Source of the DNA: an uncultured Gemmatimonadales bacterium
GTDB taxonomy: Bacteria; Gemmatimonadota; Gemmatimonadetes; Longimicrobiales; Longimicrobiaceae
Length of the DNA stretch: 64,000 bases
Reading direction: 5' to 3'
Assembly: GCA_963716255.1 (NCBI GenBank)
Contig: OY970303.1
Coordinates: 7,392,001 to 7,456,000 of the forward strand
Below, one piece after another: positions 18,885 through 28,586 of the stretch (positions are counted from its first letter, which is position 1; every line of letters begins with the position of its first letter). A program made the translations under genes and the position numbers. Below the pieces are notes generated by a model. The model ran no database searches. It saw nothing but the letters and a program-made list of their open reading frames with translations, and had not been told where the DNA came from.

Positions 18885-21800
18885 TCAGAACCCCGGCTGG
18901 AGGGCGAACACCCAGCGCCACCCCCCGGTGCTCTCCAGCGCGCGGACGTAGTCCACCTCCAGCACCGCGAAGCCGAACAGGTTGGTGCGCCCTCCCACCC
19001 CCACGCTGGTCAGCAGGCCGCGGCGGTCCGTGTCTTCCGGCACACCGCGGGCCAGCGTGGGCCGGGTGTCCGCCGTCCACGCCACCGCGGCGTCGTAGAA
19101 GGCGATCGCGTCCACGGGCGGGAGCCCGAAACCGCCCCCCGCCCCCGGCCGCTGCACCAGGGGGACGCGCAGCTCCGCGCTCCCCACCGCGATGCGGCTC
19201 CCCACCATGGAGTTGAGGAGCCCGCAGTCGGCGCCCGTGTTCACGCAGTCGCCGTACGCCGAGCCGTAGCCGCGCAGCAGCGACGGCTGCCCCAGGTACA
19301 GGTTGGAGAACACCCCCTCGGCGTCTCGCCCGTAGCGGCCGTAGTGAAGCGCCCGGAAGGCCAGGGTGAAGGGCTTCAGGTAGAAGTATCGGCGCGCGTC
19401 GGCCAGTACCCCGGTGAAGCTCAGTTGTCCCGCCACCGGCGACACCTCCACCCGCGCCCGCTGCCCCGCCAGCGGCCCGGTGTACCCGAAGACGGTGTTG
19501 TCGTACACCCAGGCGGCGGACGCTTCCAGCAGGTTGTAGCCCACCCCGTCCACCTCCTCCTCGTTGGTCCCGGTGACCGCGCCCGAGCCCACGTCGTACA
19601 GCACCTCGAAGATCTTCTGGTCCTGCGAGATGCGCCGCGCGCCCCCGCCGAGCTCCACCCGCTGCACGGGGGAGATGGGGTACTGCGCCACGCCGGTGAC
19701 GCTCTCGTCGAAGTAGCGCAGCCGCACCAGCTGCTGCCGGTACACGTCCGGCTCGGCGGGGTCCACCCCCGCGGCGTAGTAGCCGTACACCGAGGGGATG
19801 CGCTGCACCCCCGCCCCCAGGTTCCAGCGCGTGCCGCGGTTCAGGTACTGGAAGGCGAAGCCGATCTCGTCCAGCTGCCCCTGCGCCTGGATGGCGCCGC
19901 CCACCGTGTGGCGCCCCAGCACGTCGCTGAACACCCCGAAGATCCCGCCCGACACGCCCCCGCCGAAGGGCCCGCCCAGCGACACGCCCACCTGCGGCTG
20001 CCCCAGGTAGTCCAGCCCCAGGCGGGCCCGGTACGGCGTCGTGGCGTACGCCGCCGCCTCGTCTGCGGAGGGGAGCCCCGACGTGCGGTCGGCGAGCATG
20101 GCGGCCACGCGGTTGAAGGGGCGCTCCGGGGAGCGCGGCATGGGCGGCAGCATGGCGGCCGCCGGCGGGCCGCTCCCGTCCGCGTCGCCCTGCGCCACGG
20201 GGACGCCCGCCAGCTTCGCCGGGTCGGTGATGGTGTAGAGGTTGTGGCCCTTGTCCTCGAAGGCGGTGAACACCAGCCGGCTCCCGTCGCGCGACAGCGA
20301 GATGGACGGGCTCACGTCGGTGATCCCGCTCACCCCCGAGAACACGTCGGTCACGCGCGACACCGCGCCGCCGGAGAGCGCCACCCGGTACACGTTGGGG
20401 ATGCCGCTGCGGTTGGAGACGAAGAACAGCGAAGCGCCGTCCGGCGTCCACTGCGGGTCCAGGTTGTGGGCCCCCGCCATCCCCGGCACCGGCGTGACCG
20501 CCCGCGTGTCCAGCTCCATGACCGCGAGCTGGTACGGCGCGTAGGTCAGCGCGTCCAGCCGCGTGCCGAAGCGGTCGGTCACGAAGGCCAGCCGCCCGCC
20601 GTCGGGCGAGTAGGCGGGCTGCATCTCCGTGTAGCGGTCGTCGGTGAGCTGCGTCGCGCGCCCGGTGCGCAGGTCCACCGCGTACAGGTCGGTGACCCCG
20701 CCCTTGAGGCCGGACACCACCACCGTGCGGCCGTCCGGAGACCAGGTGGGCCCGGTGATCTCGCCCACGCCGGGGATGGCGACCTCCTGCACCCGCTCGG
20801 CGCGGCGCACGTCCAGAACCGCCAGCACGTCGTGCCCGCCGCGCTGGGCGCCCAGCGCGAAGCGGCTGCCGTCGGGCGACCAGGCGCCGGCGGAGTGGAT
20901 GTAGCGCAGGCTGCCGAAGTGGGAGTCGAAGGCGGCGCCCTTCTGGAGCGTCCTCACCACCTCGCCGGTGGCCGCGTCGGCCAGGCGCAGCTCCACGTCC
21001 CTGAAGTCCACGTCGGAAAGGAAGGCCACCCACCTGCCGTCCGGCGACACCGAGGGGCCCACGTTGAGCCGCCCGCTCTCGCCGGCCGAGGCGACCAGCG
21101 GCCGGGCGATCTCGCGCGCCTCCTTGCGGTCCAGGAGCATGGGGAGGTACGCCCTGCGGATGGAGGCGGCCCACTCGTCGGACAGCTCGTCCAGGGTGAC
21201 GTGCAGCGTCCGCTCGAACGCTTCCTCGTACGGCACGCCCTCGCCGGCGAGCTTCAGGATCTGCCCGATGACGGCGTCGCCCCAGCGCCCGCCCACGTAC
21301 GCCCAGAGCGCCTGCCCGTAGCGGTACGGGAAGATGCGCGGGTCGTTGCTGAGCTGGTCCACGGTGGGGATCTTGCCGCCGATGGCGGCGTTGCGCAGCC
21401 AGTTGGCGGTCAGCGGGTCCACGGGGCCCACCGACAGGTACTCGGCCATCCCCTCGCTGAACCACCCCGGCACGGCGTAGCGCCGCGCCGCCTGCTCGAT
21501 CCCGCTCCCCGCCCGCCCCAGCCCGCTGATGTCGTACTGGAAGGCGTGCACCAGCTCGTGCCCCAGCACGTGGTCGGTCTCCTCGTAGCTGTACGAGAAG
21601 GGCATGATGACGCGCTGCTTGAACGCCTCGGTGACACCCCCCGTGCCGTCGCTGATCTCGCCGCCCAGCGTGGCGGTCTGCTGGAAGTCGGGGTGCGAGG
21701 CGTACAGGATGAGCGGCTGCCGCTGCTCGAACCTGTGGTCAAGGAGGCCGGAGAGCCGGGTGTACCAGCGCTCGGCCATGCGCGCGGCGTCGCGGGCGGC

Positions 21801-21989
21801 GGTCTCCTCCTCCGGGTAGAAGTAGACGTCGAAGTGCTCCGTCTTCATCACCCGGAAGTCGAAGCGCGCGTACTGCACCTTGTTGCGCCCGAAGTACTGG
21901 GCCGCGGCCGGGTGCGCGGACGCGGCGCCGAGGAGGAGCCCGAGTGCGAGCCCCGCCGCGCGGCGCATGCGGAAGGTAGGACGTGCCAT
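18885..21989 (-). CDS. Outer-membrane protein: gluzincin-like HExxH domain + PD40/TolB repeats + BamA/TamA-type barrel
   Basis: Signal peptide then QYFGRNKVQY; HELVHAFQ and WFSEGMAEY; repeated WSPDG/SPDG; C-terminal barrel ending in F. Confidence 0.85.
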   Translation of the reverse strand: MARPTFRMRRAAGLALGLLLGAASAHPAAAQYFGRNKVQYARFDFRVMKTEHFDVYFYPEEETAARDAARMAERWYTRLSGLLDHRFEQRQPLILYASHPDFQQTATLGGEISDGTGGVTEAFKQRVIMPFSYSYEETDHVLGHELVHAFQYDISGLGRAGSGIEQAARRYAVPGWFSEGMAEYLSVGPVDPLTANWLRNAAIGGKIPTVDQLSNDPRIFPYRYGQALWAYVGGRWGDAVIGQILKLAGEGVPYEEAFERTLHVTLDELSDEWAASIRRAYLPMLLDRKEAREIARPLVASAGESGRLNVGPSVSPDGRWVAFLSDVDFRDVELRLADAATGEVVRTLQKGAAFDSHFGSLRYIHSAGAWSPDGSRFALGAQRGGHDVLAVLDVRRAERVQEVAIPGVGEITGPTWSPDGRTVVVSGLKGGVTDLYAVDLRTGRATQLTDDRYTEMQPAYSPDGGRLAFVTDRFGTRLDALTYAPYQLAVMELDTRAVTPVPGMAGAHNLDPQWTPDGASLFFVSNRSGIPNVYRVALSGGAVSRVTDVFSGVSGITDVSPSISLSRDGSRLVFTAFEDKGHNLYTITDPAKLAGVPVAQGDADGSGPPAAAMLPPMPRSPERPFNRVAAMLADRTSGLPSADEAAAYATTPYRARLGLDYLGQPQVGVSLGGPFGGGVSGGIFGVFSDVLGRHTVGGAIQAQGQLDEIGFAFQYLNRGTRWNLGAGVQRIPSVYGYYAAGVDPAEPDVYRQQLVRLRYFDESVTGVAQYPISPVQRVELGGGARRISQDQKIFEVLYDVGSGAVTGTNEEEVDGVGYNLLEASAAWVYDNTVFGYTGPLAGQRARVEVSPVAGQLSFTGVLADARRYFYLKPFTLAFRALHYGRYGRDAEGVFSNLYLGQPSLLRGYGSAYGDCVNTGADCGLLNSMVGSRIAVGSAELRVPLVQRPGAGGGFGLPPVDAIAFYDAAVAWTADTRPTLARGVPEDTDRRGLLTSVGVGGRTNLFGFAVLEVDYVRALESTGGWRWVFALQPGF

Positions 21990-22036
21990 GGCGACCTGCT
22001 CCTGTCCTGGCGGTTGGTTGTGCCGTGCTGAACAGG

Positions 22037-22064
22037 AGACACGCGAGGGGAGGGGAGACCCTTA
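22037..22064 (-). promoter_or_regulatory. Putative ECF-sigma promoter TAAGGGT-N13-GCGTGTCT
   Basis: Lies ~50 bp upstream of the BamA-like gene; the same bipartite motif occurs at 26675 and 29242. Confidence 0.65.
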
Positions 22065-22254
22065 CGGAAGTGCGTAAGCGCGGGAGCGAACGGCGGTACG
22101 AAGGCGGGGCGCGCGTGGGAAATCGCGCGGGCGTGGCAGTCTCACGGTCATGCACCGCCGCCGGCCAGGGGGAGGTGCACGGCGCCGGAGCAGGACTGCC
22201 CGGCCAGGGCAGACCGGACGCGCCGGTGATCTCACGCCCGCGTCGGAGGAACAG

Positions 22255-22944
22255 ATGAACGACCCGTACATGGAGATGCCCAGGTCGGCGTTCGCCTCGC
22301 TGCTCGACCACGCCGGCGGCCGTCCGCGCGACGACGACCCCGGCCCGTACGATCCGCGCGAGGACGTGGTGCGCGCGGTGCTGGCGCTGCTCCACTGGCG
22401 GTGGCCCAGGCCGAACTGGGCGCTCGCCGACACCGTCCGCCTCCCGGTGGCGCTGGTGGAGTTGCTGAGGGAGTCCGCCGGCCCCTTTCCCGAGCCGTGG
22501 CGCTGGAGCGCGCTGAACCCGCAGCCGCTGCCCCCGCGGCTGGCCACCGCGCTGTGGCTGGCGCAGGCGGTCGCGGAAAAGGTGATCCTGGTGCACGAAC
22601 TCGCCGGGACGCTGCCGGAAGACGAGCGGGCCCGCGCGGCGGGCTTCGCCCTCGACCAGCTGTCGCAGTTCGTGCGGGACGCGGGCGACGACCGGTGTCC
22701 GATCTGGTGGTGGATGCGCCGGCCGTTCCCCTGGCCGGGACCGCGCCGCGACGACCTGACCGACGGGATCACCCCCGCGGAGCTGGTGGCGATGGGTGCG
22801 CTGTTCGAGAACTCGGCGGCGGCCGCGCCCGACGGGCTTCGCCGCGACCTGGCCGCGGCCGGGCAGAAGCTGATGACGCTGGGGCTGAGCCGGCTGGAAA
22901 CGGCCGCGCCGGCGGAGGGGATGGCCGGGGCCCGGCCATCCTAA
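22255..22944 (+). CDS. Hypothetical protein containing an ALNPQPLPP motif
   Basis: GGAGGA RBS before ATG 22255; coding-like codon usage. Confidence 0.7.
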   Translation: MNDPYMEMPRSAFASLLDHAGGRPRDDDPGPYDPREDVVRAVLALLHWRWPRPNWALADTVRLPVALVELLRESAGPFPEPWRWSALNPQPLPPRLATALWLAQAVAEKVILVHELAGTLPEDERARAAGFALDQLSQFVRDAGDDRCPIWWWMRRPFPWPGPRRDDLTDGITPAELVAMGALFENSAAAAPDGLRRDLAAAGQKLMTLGLSRLETAAPAEGMAGARPS

Positions 22945-23125
22945 GCAGTTTACGGCAGGTTCGAGCACGAATTTGAACCGGCCCCCAGCGGGCGAGCGGG
23001 GCCGCCGGGAAGAGGGCGGATTCGGAGGCCGTCGGGCACTCCGGGCAGGGTTCGCGGAGCGGCCGGGCCCGCGCTACATTCGGGCGTCGAATGAAACGGA
23101 GCCCTGGTCCTCTTCCCGGTAGACG

Positions 23126-24316
23126 ATGACTGAACGACCGGACGGTCCGCCGCGACAGCGGGTGGAATCGGTGGACGTGGTGCGCGGGGTGATCATGGTC
23201 CTCATGGCGCTGGACCACACGCGCGACTACTTCGGCGGCTCGGGCATCGACCCGACCAACCTCGCCACGACCACGGCGCCGCTGTTCTTCACGCGCTGGA
23301 TCACGCACTTCTGCGCGCCCGTCTTCTGCCTCCTCACCGGGACGGGAGCGTACCTGGCCCGCCGCAGCCGGACCACGCCCGAGCTGTCGAGGTTCCTGCT
23401 CACGCGGGGTCTCTGGCTGGTGTTCCTGGAGCTGACGGTCGCCCGCTTCCTGTGGCAGTTCAACGTGAACTACCAGGTGACCATCATCACGGTCCTGTGG
23501 GCGCTCGGCTGGTCCATGGTCGTGCTGGCCGCGCTGGTCCGCTTCCCGACCTGGGTCGCCGGAGCGGTGGGAGGCGCGATGATCCTGCTGCACAACCTCG
23601 CTGACCCGGTCCAGGCCGCGTCGTTCGGGAGCCTCGCGCCGCTCTGGAACGTCCTGCACAGCCCGGGCGTGCTCTACGCCGCCCCCGGCCGCATCGTGAT
23701 CCTCGCCTACCCGCTCATCCCGTGGATCGGCGTGATGGCCGTCGGCTACGCCCTGGGGGCGGTCTTCGGCCTGGAGGCCGGGCGCCGCCGGCGGCTCCTC
23801 CTGCATGCGGGAGTCGGGATGACCGTGGCGTTTCTCGTGCTGCGCTTCGCCAACGTGTACGGGGACCCGTTCCCGTGGTCGGCGCAGCGGACGGCGACGC
23901 TCACGGTCCTGTCGTTCCTCAACGTGACCAAGTACCCGCCCTCCCTGCTGTTTCTCCTGATGACGCTGGGGCCGGCGCTCCTCCTGCTGCGCGTGATGGA
24001 CGGACGGACGCCGCCCGCGGTCCTGCGTCCGGTGTTCATCATCGGCAAGGTGCCGATGTTCTACTACCTGGCGCACATCCTCCTGCTGCACCTGATCGCC
24101 CTGATCTTCTCGTACGCCCGCTACGGCACCGTCCGCTACATGTTCGAATCGGCGCGACCGGACCAGTTCCCGGTCACGCAGCCGCCGGGCTGGGCGAACC
24201 CGCTGCCGGTGGTCTACTTCCTGTGGATGGTGGTGGTCGTCCTCCTGTACCCGTTCTGCCGGTGGTACGCGGCGCTCAAGGCGCGCAGCACCAGCCCGCT
24301 GCTGAGCTACCTGTAG
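23126..24316 (+). CDS. DUF1624 / heparan-alpha-glucosaminide N-acetyltransferase-like membrane protein
   Basis: RVESVDVVRGVIMVLMALDHTRD, TRWITHFCAPVF and KYPPSL; many TM helices. Confidence 0.88.
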   Translation: MTERPDGPPRQRVESVDVVRGVIMVLMALDHTRDYFGGSGIDPTNLATTTAPLFFTRWITHFCAPVFCLLTGTGAYLARRSRTTPELSRFLLTRGLWLVFLELTVARFLWQFNVNYQVTIITVLWALGWSMVVLAALVRFPTWVAGAVGGAMILLHNLADPVQAASFGSLAPLWNVLHSPGVLYAAPGRIVILAYPLIPWIGVMAVGYALGAVFGLEAGRRRRLLLHAGVGMTVAFLVLRFANVYGDPFPWSAQRTATLTVLSFLNVTKYPPSLLFLLMTLGPALLLLRVMDGRTPPAVLRPVFIIGKVPMFYYLAHILLLHLIALIFSYARYGTVRYMFESARPDQFPVTQPPGWANPLPVVYFLWMVVVVLLYPFCRWYAALKARSTSPLLSYL

Positions 24317-24328
24317 CCGGGACGTGGT

Positions 24329-24973
24329 TTACGGGAGGTCGAGCACGAAGTTGAACCGCCCCTCCCGCGCGCCTCCCGAGCCCGACAGCTCCATGAGCAG
24401 CTCGGAGTGGAAGAGCCCGTCGGAGGCGTTGCGGGACTCCCCGGGAAAGTAGAGCTGGGTGGTGAGCACGGACTGCCCGGGCGCCTGCACCTTGACGTGG
24501 ACGTGGCGGGTGCGGCCGGGATAGAGGCCGGGGACGACGGTCTCCAGGCGGAAGGCGCCGGCGGCGTCGGTGAACTGGTGGCCGCGCAGGCGGAAGCCGG
24601 CGTTGTCGTACGCGCCGGAGTCGTCGGCCTGCCAGAAGTCCAGGAGCGCGCCGGCGACCGGGCGGCAGCCGCGGGTGAGCACCAGCCCCGAGAGCGACAG
24701 GCGGGTGCCGGCCATCCCCGTCTCCAGCAGCGAGGTGCGCTCCGGGGAGCTGCGCTTGAAGTAGGGGCCCTCGGTCTCGGCGGGGGTGAGGTCGTCGTCG
24801 TCGTCGTCCGCGCAGGCCAGCGTGGGCTGCGCGGACGGGTCGGTGGGCGAGCCGCCCCCTGCCTCGCACCCGGCCACGCCCAGCAGCGAGGGCACCGCCA
24901 GCGCCAGCGGGGCGGCGAGCAGGGTGCCGAGGAAGCGGCGGCGGGATTCCGGGTGCGTGCCGTCGTCGTGCAT
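24329..24973 (-). CDS. Tat-exported intradiol ring-cleavage dioxygenase-like protein
   Basis: SRRRFLG Tat motif; TEGPYF, WQADDSGAY, LRGHQFTD and PGLYPGRTRHVHVK (2 Tyr/2 His iron ligands). Confidence 0.88.
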   Translation of the reverse strand: MHDDGTHPESRRRFLGTLLAAPLALAVPSLLGVAGCEAGGGSPTDPSAQPTLACADDDDDDLTPAETEGPYFKRSSPERTSLLETGMAGTRLSLSGLVLTRGCRPVAGALLDFWQADDSGAYDNAGFRLRGHQFTDAAGAFRLETVVPGLYPGRTRHVHVKVQAPGQSVLTTQLYFPGESRNASDGLFHSELLMELSGSGGAREGRFNFVLDLP

Positions 24974-24982
24974 GGCGCCTCG

Positions 24983-25534
24983 TCAGGAAGTGGGTGCGGA
25001 GCGGCGGGCGGCGGCCTGCGGCGCGCACCACCCCCAGCGGGCGCGCGGGCCCCCGGGGAGGGTGTCGCGGGCGGAGCCGCGCCGGGCGAGCGACGGGCGG
25101 GTGCCGCGGGAGCGGCGGCCGCGCTCGCCGCGCTGCTCGGCGAACAGCTCGCAGACGCGGGCGCGCTGCTCGGCGGTGAGCGCGGCGGCGACGCCGTCCA
25201 CCGCGGCGCGCTGGTTGGCGCGGATGGCCTCCATCACGGCGCCGGCGGAGTCGCCGGGGAGACGGGAGCGCCCGTCGTCGCGCAGGCGCAGCGAGTCCAG
25301 GAGCGGCTCGTTGCGCGCCTGGAGCCACCCGCCGATGGAATCGATGGCGGACACCTGCGCGGAGCTGAGCCCCAGCTGCTCGCGGTGGCCGAGCACCGCG
25401 TACACGGTGGGCGCGGCGGCGGCGGCGGGGTGCGTCGCGCGCCCGCCGAAGCGCTCGCCGGGAGCGGCGAGGTCGCGCTGGGGCGCGCACGCGCTGAGCA
25501 GGGTGAGGAGTGCGACGAGCCGGAGCCTGTTCAT
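24983..25534 (-). CDS. Hypothetical lipoprotein (possibly Spy/CpxP-like helical)
   Basis: Lipobox LLSAC; REQLGLSSAQV and LTAEQR (LTxxQ-like). Confidence 0.6.
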   Translation of the reverse strand: MNRLRLVALLTLLSACAPQRDLAAPGERFGGRATHPAAAAAPTVYAVLGHREQLGLSSAQVSAIDSIGGWLQARNEPLLDSLRLRDDGRSRLPGDSAGAVMEAIRANQRAAVDGVAAALTAEQRARVCELFAEQRGERGRRSRGTRPSLARRGSARDTLPGGPRARWGWCAPQAAARRSAPTS

Positions 25535-25603
25535 GTGACCTCGCGGGACGATGGGTGCGGTTCGGCGTGCCGCGCGCGGGAGCCGGGGCATGCGCGGGAG
25601 CCT

Positions 25604-25735
25604 GCGTGAGGGATGCGAGCGCGAAGCGGCGAGACCCGGGGCTGTTTCCGGGGCTCGCCTCCGTTACGCACGGTCGTTTCGTGCGTTACGGAGCCGCAGC
25701 CCGACCCCGGCGCAGCCGGGGGCACGCCCGGACCC
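25604..25735 (-). repeat. Repeat family A, copy 7 (variant subtype)
   Basis: Reverse-complement match; contains GCGAAGC and a GCA-loop hairpin like copy 2. Confidence 0.9.
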
Positions 25736-25772
25736 GCAGTTCCAGGCCGGGTCCGGGCGTGCGGCTGCGACG

Positions 25773-26597
25773 TCAGCGTCCGTGCCCGCCGCCGCCCGGT
25801 CCGCCGCGCTTGCCGTGCTCGGGGAGGGTGGTGGTGACGTTCACGGCCTGCCCGCAGAAGGTGCCGGTGACCTTCTGGGTGCGCGCGGTGGGGTCGAAGG
25901 TGGTGGCGAGGTTGACGGCGCAGGTGCCGGAGCGGCCGTCGCTGGTGGTGTAGGTGAACGAGCCGGTCTGCGTGCCGGTGGTGGCGCCGCGCGTCAGCCG
26001 CCCGCCGCGCGCGGTGTCGCTTGCCGCGGCCCAGCTGTAGCTGGAGGTGGACTGGCTCACCAGGCTGGGGGCGCCGGTGATGGTGATCACCGTGCCGGGG
26101 TTGGCGATGGTGCGGAGGGTGGTGTTGAGGCTGTCCACCGTGAAGGCGCAGGCGGCCGGGGTGTCGGTGGAGCTGGTGGTGACTTTGCCGGTGCGCGCGA
26201 CGGTGTCGACGACGCTGGTGACCGTGGTGACGCTGCGGGTGGTGCCGCCCTGCGGGCAGGGCCGGGTGCGGTCCACGGTGGTGGTGGTGGTGCCGTGGAT
26301 CCCCGGGCGGCGCGGCCCCCAGATCCCCAGCCCGCCGATGCCGCCCCCGCCGCCGCCCGGGTGCGCCGACGCCGACAGGCTGGGCCCGGAGGTGCTGGAC
26401 ACGGAGAAGCTGGCGTCGCTCCAGGCCAGGTCCTCGGCGTTGTCGGTGCCCAGGACGCTCACGCCGAAGGCGAGCGAGCGGGCCTCGCGGACGGACAGGC
26501 TTGCGCCGTCGGACGGGCCGGTGCCGGCCTCGGAGCACGCGGCTGCGCCGGCGAGGACGAGGGCGCCGGCCAGCAGGCGGGGGAACGGACGGGTCAT
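25773..26597 (-). CDS. Hypothetical Thr-rich beta-strand lipoprotein
   Basis: Lipobox GAAAC; GGAGG RBS; RPCPQGGT and GTFCGQ cysteines. Confidence 0.8.
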   Translation of the reverse strand: MTRPFPRLLAGALVLAGAAACSEAGTGPSDGASLSVREARSLAFGVSVLGTDNAEDLAWSDASFSVSSTSGPSLSASAHPGGGGGGIGGLGIWGPRRPGIHGTTTTTVDRTRPCPQGGTTRSVTTVTSVVDTVARTGKVTTSSTDTPAACAFTVDSLNTTLRTIANPGTVITITGAPSLVSQSTSSYSWAAASDTARGGRLTRGATTGTQTGSFTYTTSDGRSGTCAVNLATTFDPTARTQKVTGTFCGQAVNVTTTLPEHGKRGGPGGGGHGR

Positions 26598-26674
26598 GGC
26601 AGTTGCCTCCGGGGTCGTGCCGGCGGCGGGCTCCGACCTGTTTCGGAGGCCTCGTGCGCCGGTTTCATCCCAGG

Positions 26675-26702
26675 AGACACGCGAGGGGGGCGGGTACCCC
26701 TA
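26675..26702 (-). promoter_or_regulatory. Putative ECF-sigma promoter TAGGGGT-N13-GCGTGTCT
   Basis: Lies ~80 bp upstream of the 26597 start; matches the motifs at 22037 and 29242. Confidence 0.65.
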
Positions 26703-26977
26703 TGCCTCGGTCATCTCACCCTCGCCTTGCCCGCGTGGCGACTGCTGGGGTAACGGAAAACAGAAAACCGACCCTTCGCAGGATGCGGAAGTCGGCTTGT
26801 GGAGGGAGATCTCGGCACGGCATCTGATGTGCCGCTATATCGAGCGGCCAGTCACGATCGCCGTCACGAGAACATGCGTGGCTCCGGTCCACGGGTCTAT
26901 TGTTTCGCCGCCGCCGCCCGTACAATGGGGGCAGTTTGTCGCCACTCCCCAGGTCGATCCGCCACCCAACATAGCGA

Positions 26978-28078
26978 ATGCGTTCCTATTCGACGCCGGA
27001 TTCAGCCCACCATGGGGAAGTCACAAAACTCGCAATCGTAGAGGCTCTGCTGTCCATCGCGCTATATATCGGGATCTGCATCTATCTTGAATCGTGGAGA
27101 TCTCTATCGCTGATTGTTGTTGGAGCCCCGCTCATGTTGTTTCGCACTGAAGTTTCAGCGGATTGGATCCTTAGGATCTGTAAGGCATGGGGTGAGTGGT
27201 TGGAAAGGATCGCATCCTCGCCAAACCGTCCGAAATATCTAGATAAACCGGTGACATTTTTCTTGGTATTAGCCTGGACAATCGTCGCTGTGATTCTTCG
27301 AGTGGTCGGCACAATTTACTGGGTGGTCCGTAGACCTCTGTACACTCTCAAAGAAGCACCGAAAAACTGGCTAAGGCAGACGCTATGCACTGACTTCATG
27401 CATCCGCCTGAGATTGTACCGATGGAGGTTCTAAAGGGTGATCCGCAGTACCATCCTAAATTCACAGTTTTGGTTGAGGAAATCCGCGATTCGGCAGGCG
27501 CGCGTGAAAAAACATTGCTTGTGCTTCTTTACTCCGCGATCTTCCTAATCGGGTTTCTCCCTTCCGCAGTTTACCGCATTTCGTTCAAGGCGACCTCAAT
27601 TGTGTACGCACCATTCATCTGGGCGGTGCACTCGACTATCTGGACGCTGCTGCCACTGAAGGTACGCCTGGAGAGAATCACGAAGGGCGAGTTGGAGAAA
27701 GTGCGGCGTGGATTCTCGTGGATCGTAATAGGCGTGCTTGGGGCAAAGGCGGGGCTCGCGCTCGGTTTCGTCGATCCAAAGATACTGGCGGAGAAATTCC
27801 CTACCGCCCGGGCCGCGGAACTCCTACTGGTCCCCGGCGGTTGGCCGTGGTGGCAGCTCACGTTGCTGACCGATGCCGTGCTGACGTTCATCCTGCTCTT
27901 CTTCGCCGACGCCGCGCTCGCCCGCCATGAAGGCTCGCACCCGTGGCCGGAGCGGACGGTTCTGGACGTAACCTCCACCATCTCGTTCGTGCGCGTGACG
28001 CTGAGCCTGCTCACCATCGCGCACTTCTTCGGGCTGGCGCTCCACATCGCGTTTCCCACCGTCGCCTGGCCCTGGTAG
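26978..28078 (+). CDS. Hypothetical multi-pass membrane protein, low GC (likely horizontally acquired)
   Basis: 366-aa ORF with several hydrophobic segments; visibly AT-richer than its flanks, especially the 5' two thirds. Confidence 0.8.
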   Translation: MRSYSTPDSAHHGEVTKLAIVEALLSIALYIGICIYLESWRSLSLIVVGAPLMLFRTEVSADWILRICKAWGEWLERIASSPNRPKYLDKPVTFFLVLAWTIVAVILRVVGTIYWVVRRPLYTLKEAPKNWLRQTLCTDFMHPPEIVPMEVLKGDPQYHPKFTVLVEEIRDSAGAREKTLLVLLYSAIFLIGFLPSAVYRISFKATSIVYAPFIWAVHSTIWTLLPLKVRLERITKGELEKVRRGFSWIVIGVLGAKAGLALGFVDPKILAEKFPTARAAELLLVPGGWPWWQLTLLTDAVLTFILLFFADAALARHEGSHPWPERTVLDVTSTISFVRVTLSLLTIAHFFGLALHIAFPTVAWPW

Positions 28079-28104
28079 CGAGCCGCCCCCGTGCCACGAA
28101 CGCG

Positions 28105-28139
28105 AAGGGAGTCCGCACCTCGTGGGCACGGACCCCCTT
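28105..28139. terminator. Imperfect hairpin between convergent genes
   Basis: AAGGGAGTCCG...CGGACCCCCTT. Confidence 0.45.
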
Positions 28140-28195
28140 GCGATGGATCTTTTAACTGTCCGTCTCGCGCCTCTCACCCGCTGCCCAGGTGGTGA

Positions 28196-28459
28196 CTACG
28201 GCGTGGGCTCCATAGGACAAAGCTCCGCCCGCCCGCCCGACCCGTAAGTCCCACCGCTCCGGTCCACTCCGCAGGTGGAAAACGACGTAACCGTGACCGT
28301 GACCGTCCCTCCGTCCTCCGCACTCCGCCCTCCTGATCCGTAGGTCCCCCCTCCATCAAACTGTGGTGCGGCCGGGGCCGTGATCATCGCTCCGTCCGTG
28401 CAGGCGGCGAGCGCGCCAGCGCAGGCGAGGGAAAGGGCGAATGCTCGAATCTTGTGCAT
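28196..28459 (-). CDS. Small lipoprotein with duplicated GGTYGSGGR motif
   Basis: Lipobox ALAAC; GGAGCC RBS; motif present twice in 87 aa. Confidence 0.75.
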   Translation of the reverse strand: MHKIRAFALSLACAGALAACTDGAMITAPAAPQFDGGGTYGSGGRSAEDGGTVTVTVTSFSTCGVDRSGGTYGSGGRAELCPMEPTP

Positions 28460-28586
28460 GGGCTCCGTCCAAGTGGGAGGGGTGGAGTGTGGGTGCGCGA
28501 GCGAAGTTAATCCAGTCCGTCCGTTTGACGCCAGATTCCCGCGGGGTGCGCGGGCGGTGCATGCTCATCCGTCGTGCCCCCCGCCC

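Noticed and set aside
11616..22031. Very long plus-strand ORFs (11616-14846, 13303-15444, 17811-22031) and similar Arg/Gly/Pro-rich ORFs throughout the window
   Set aside because: Shadow frames of real opposite-strand genes in stop-poor GC-rich DNA; no recognisable motifs.
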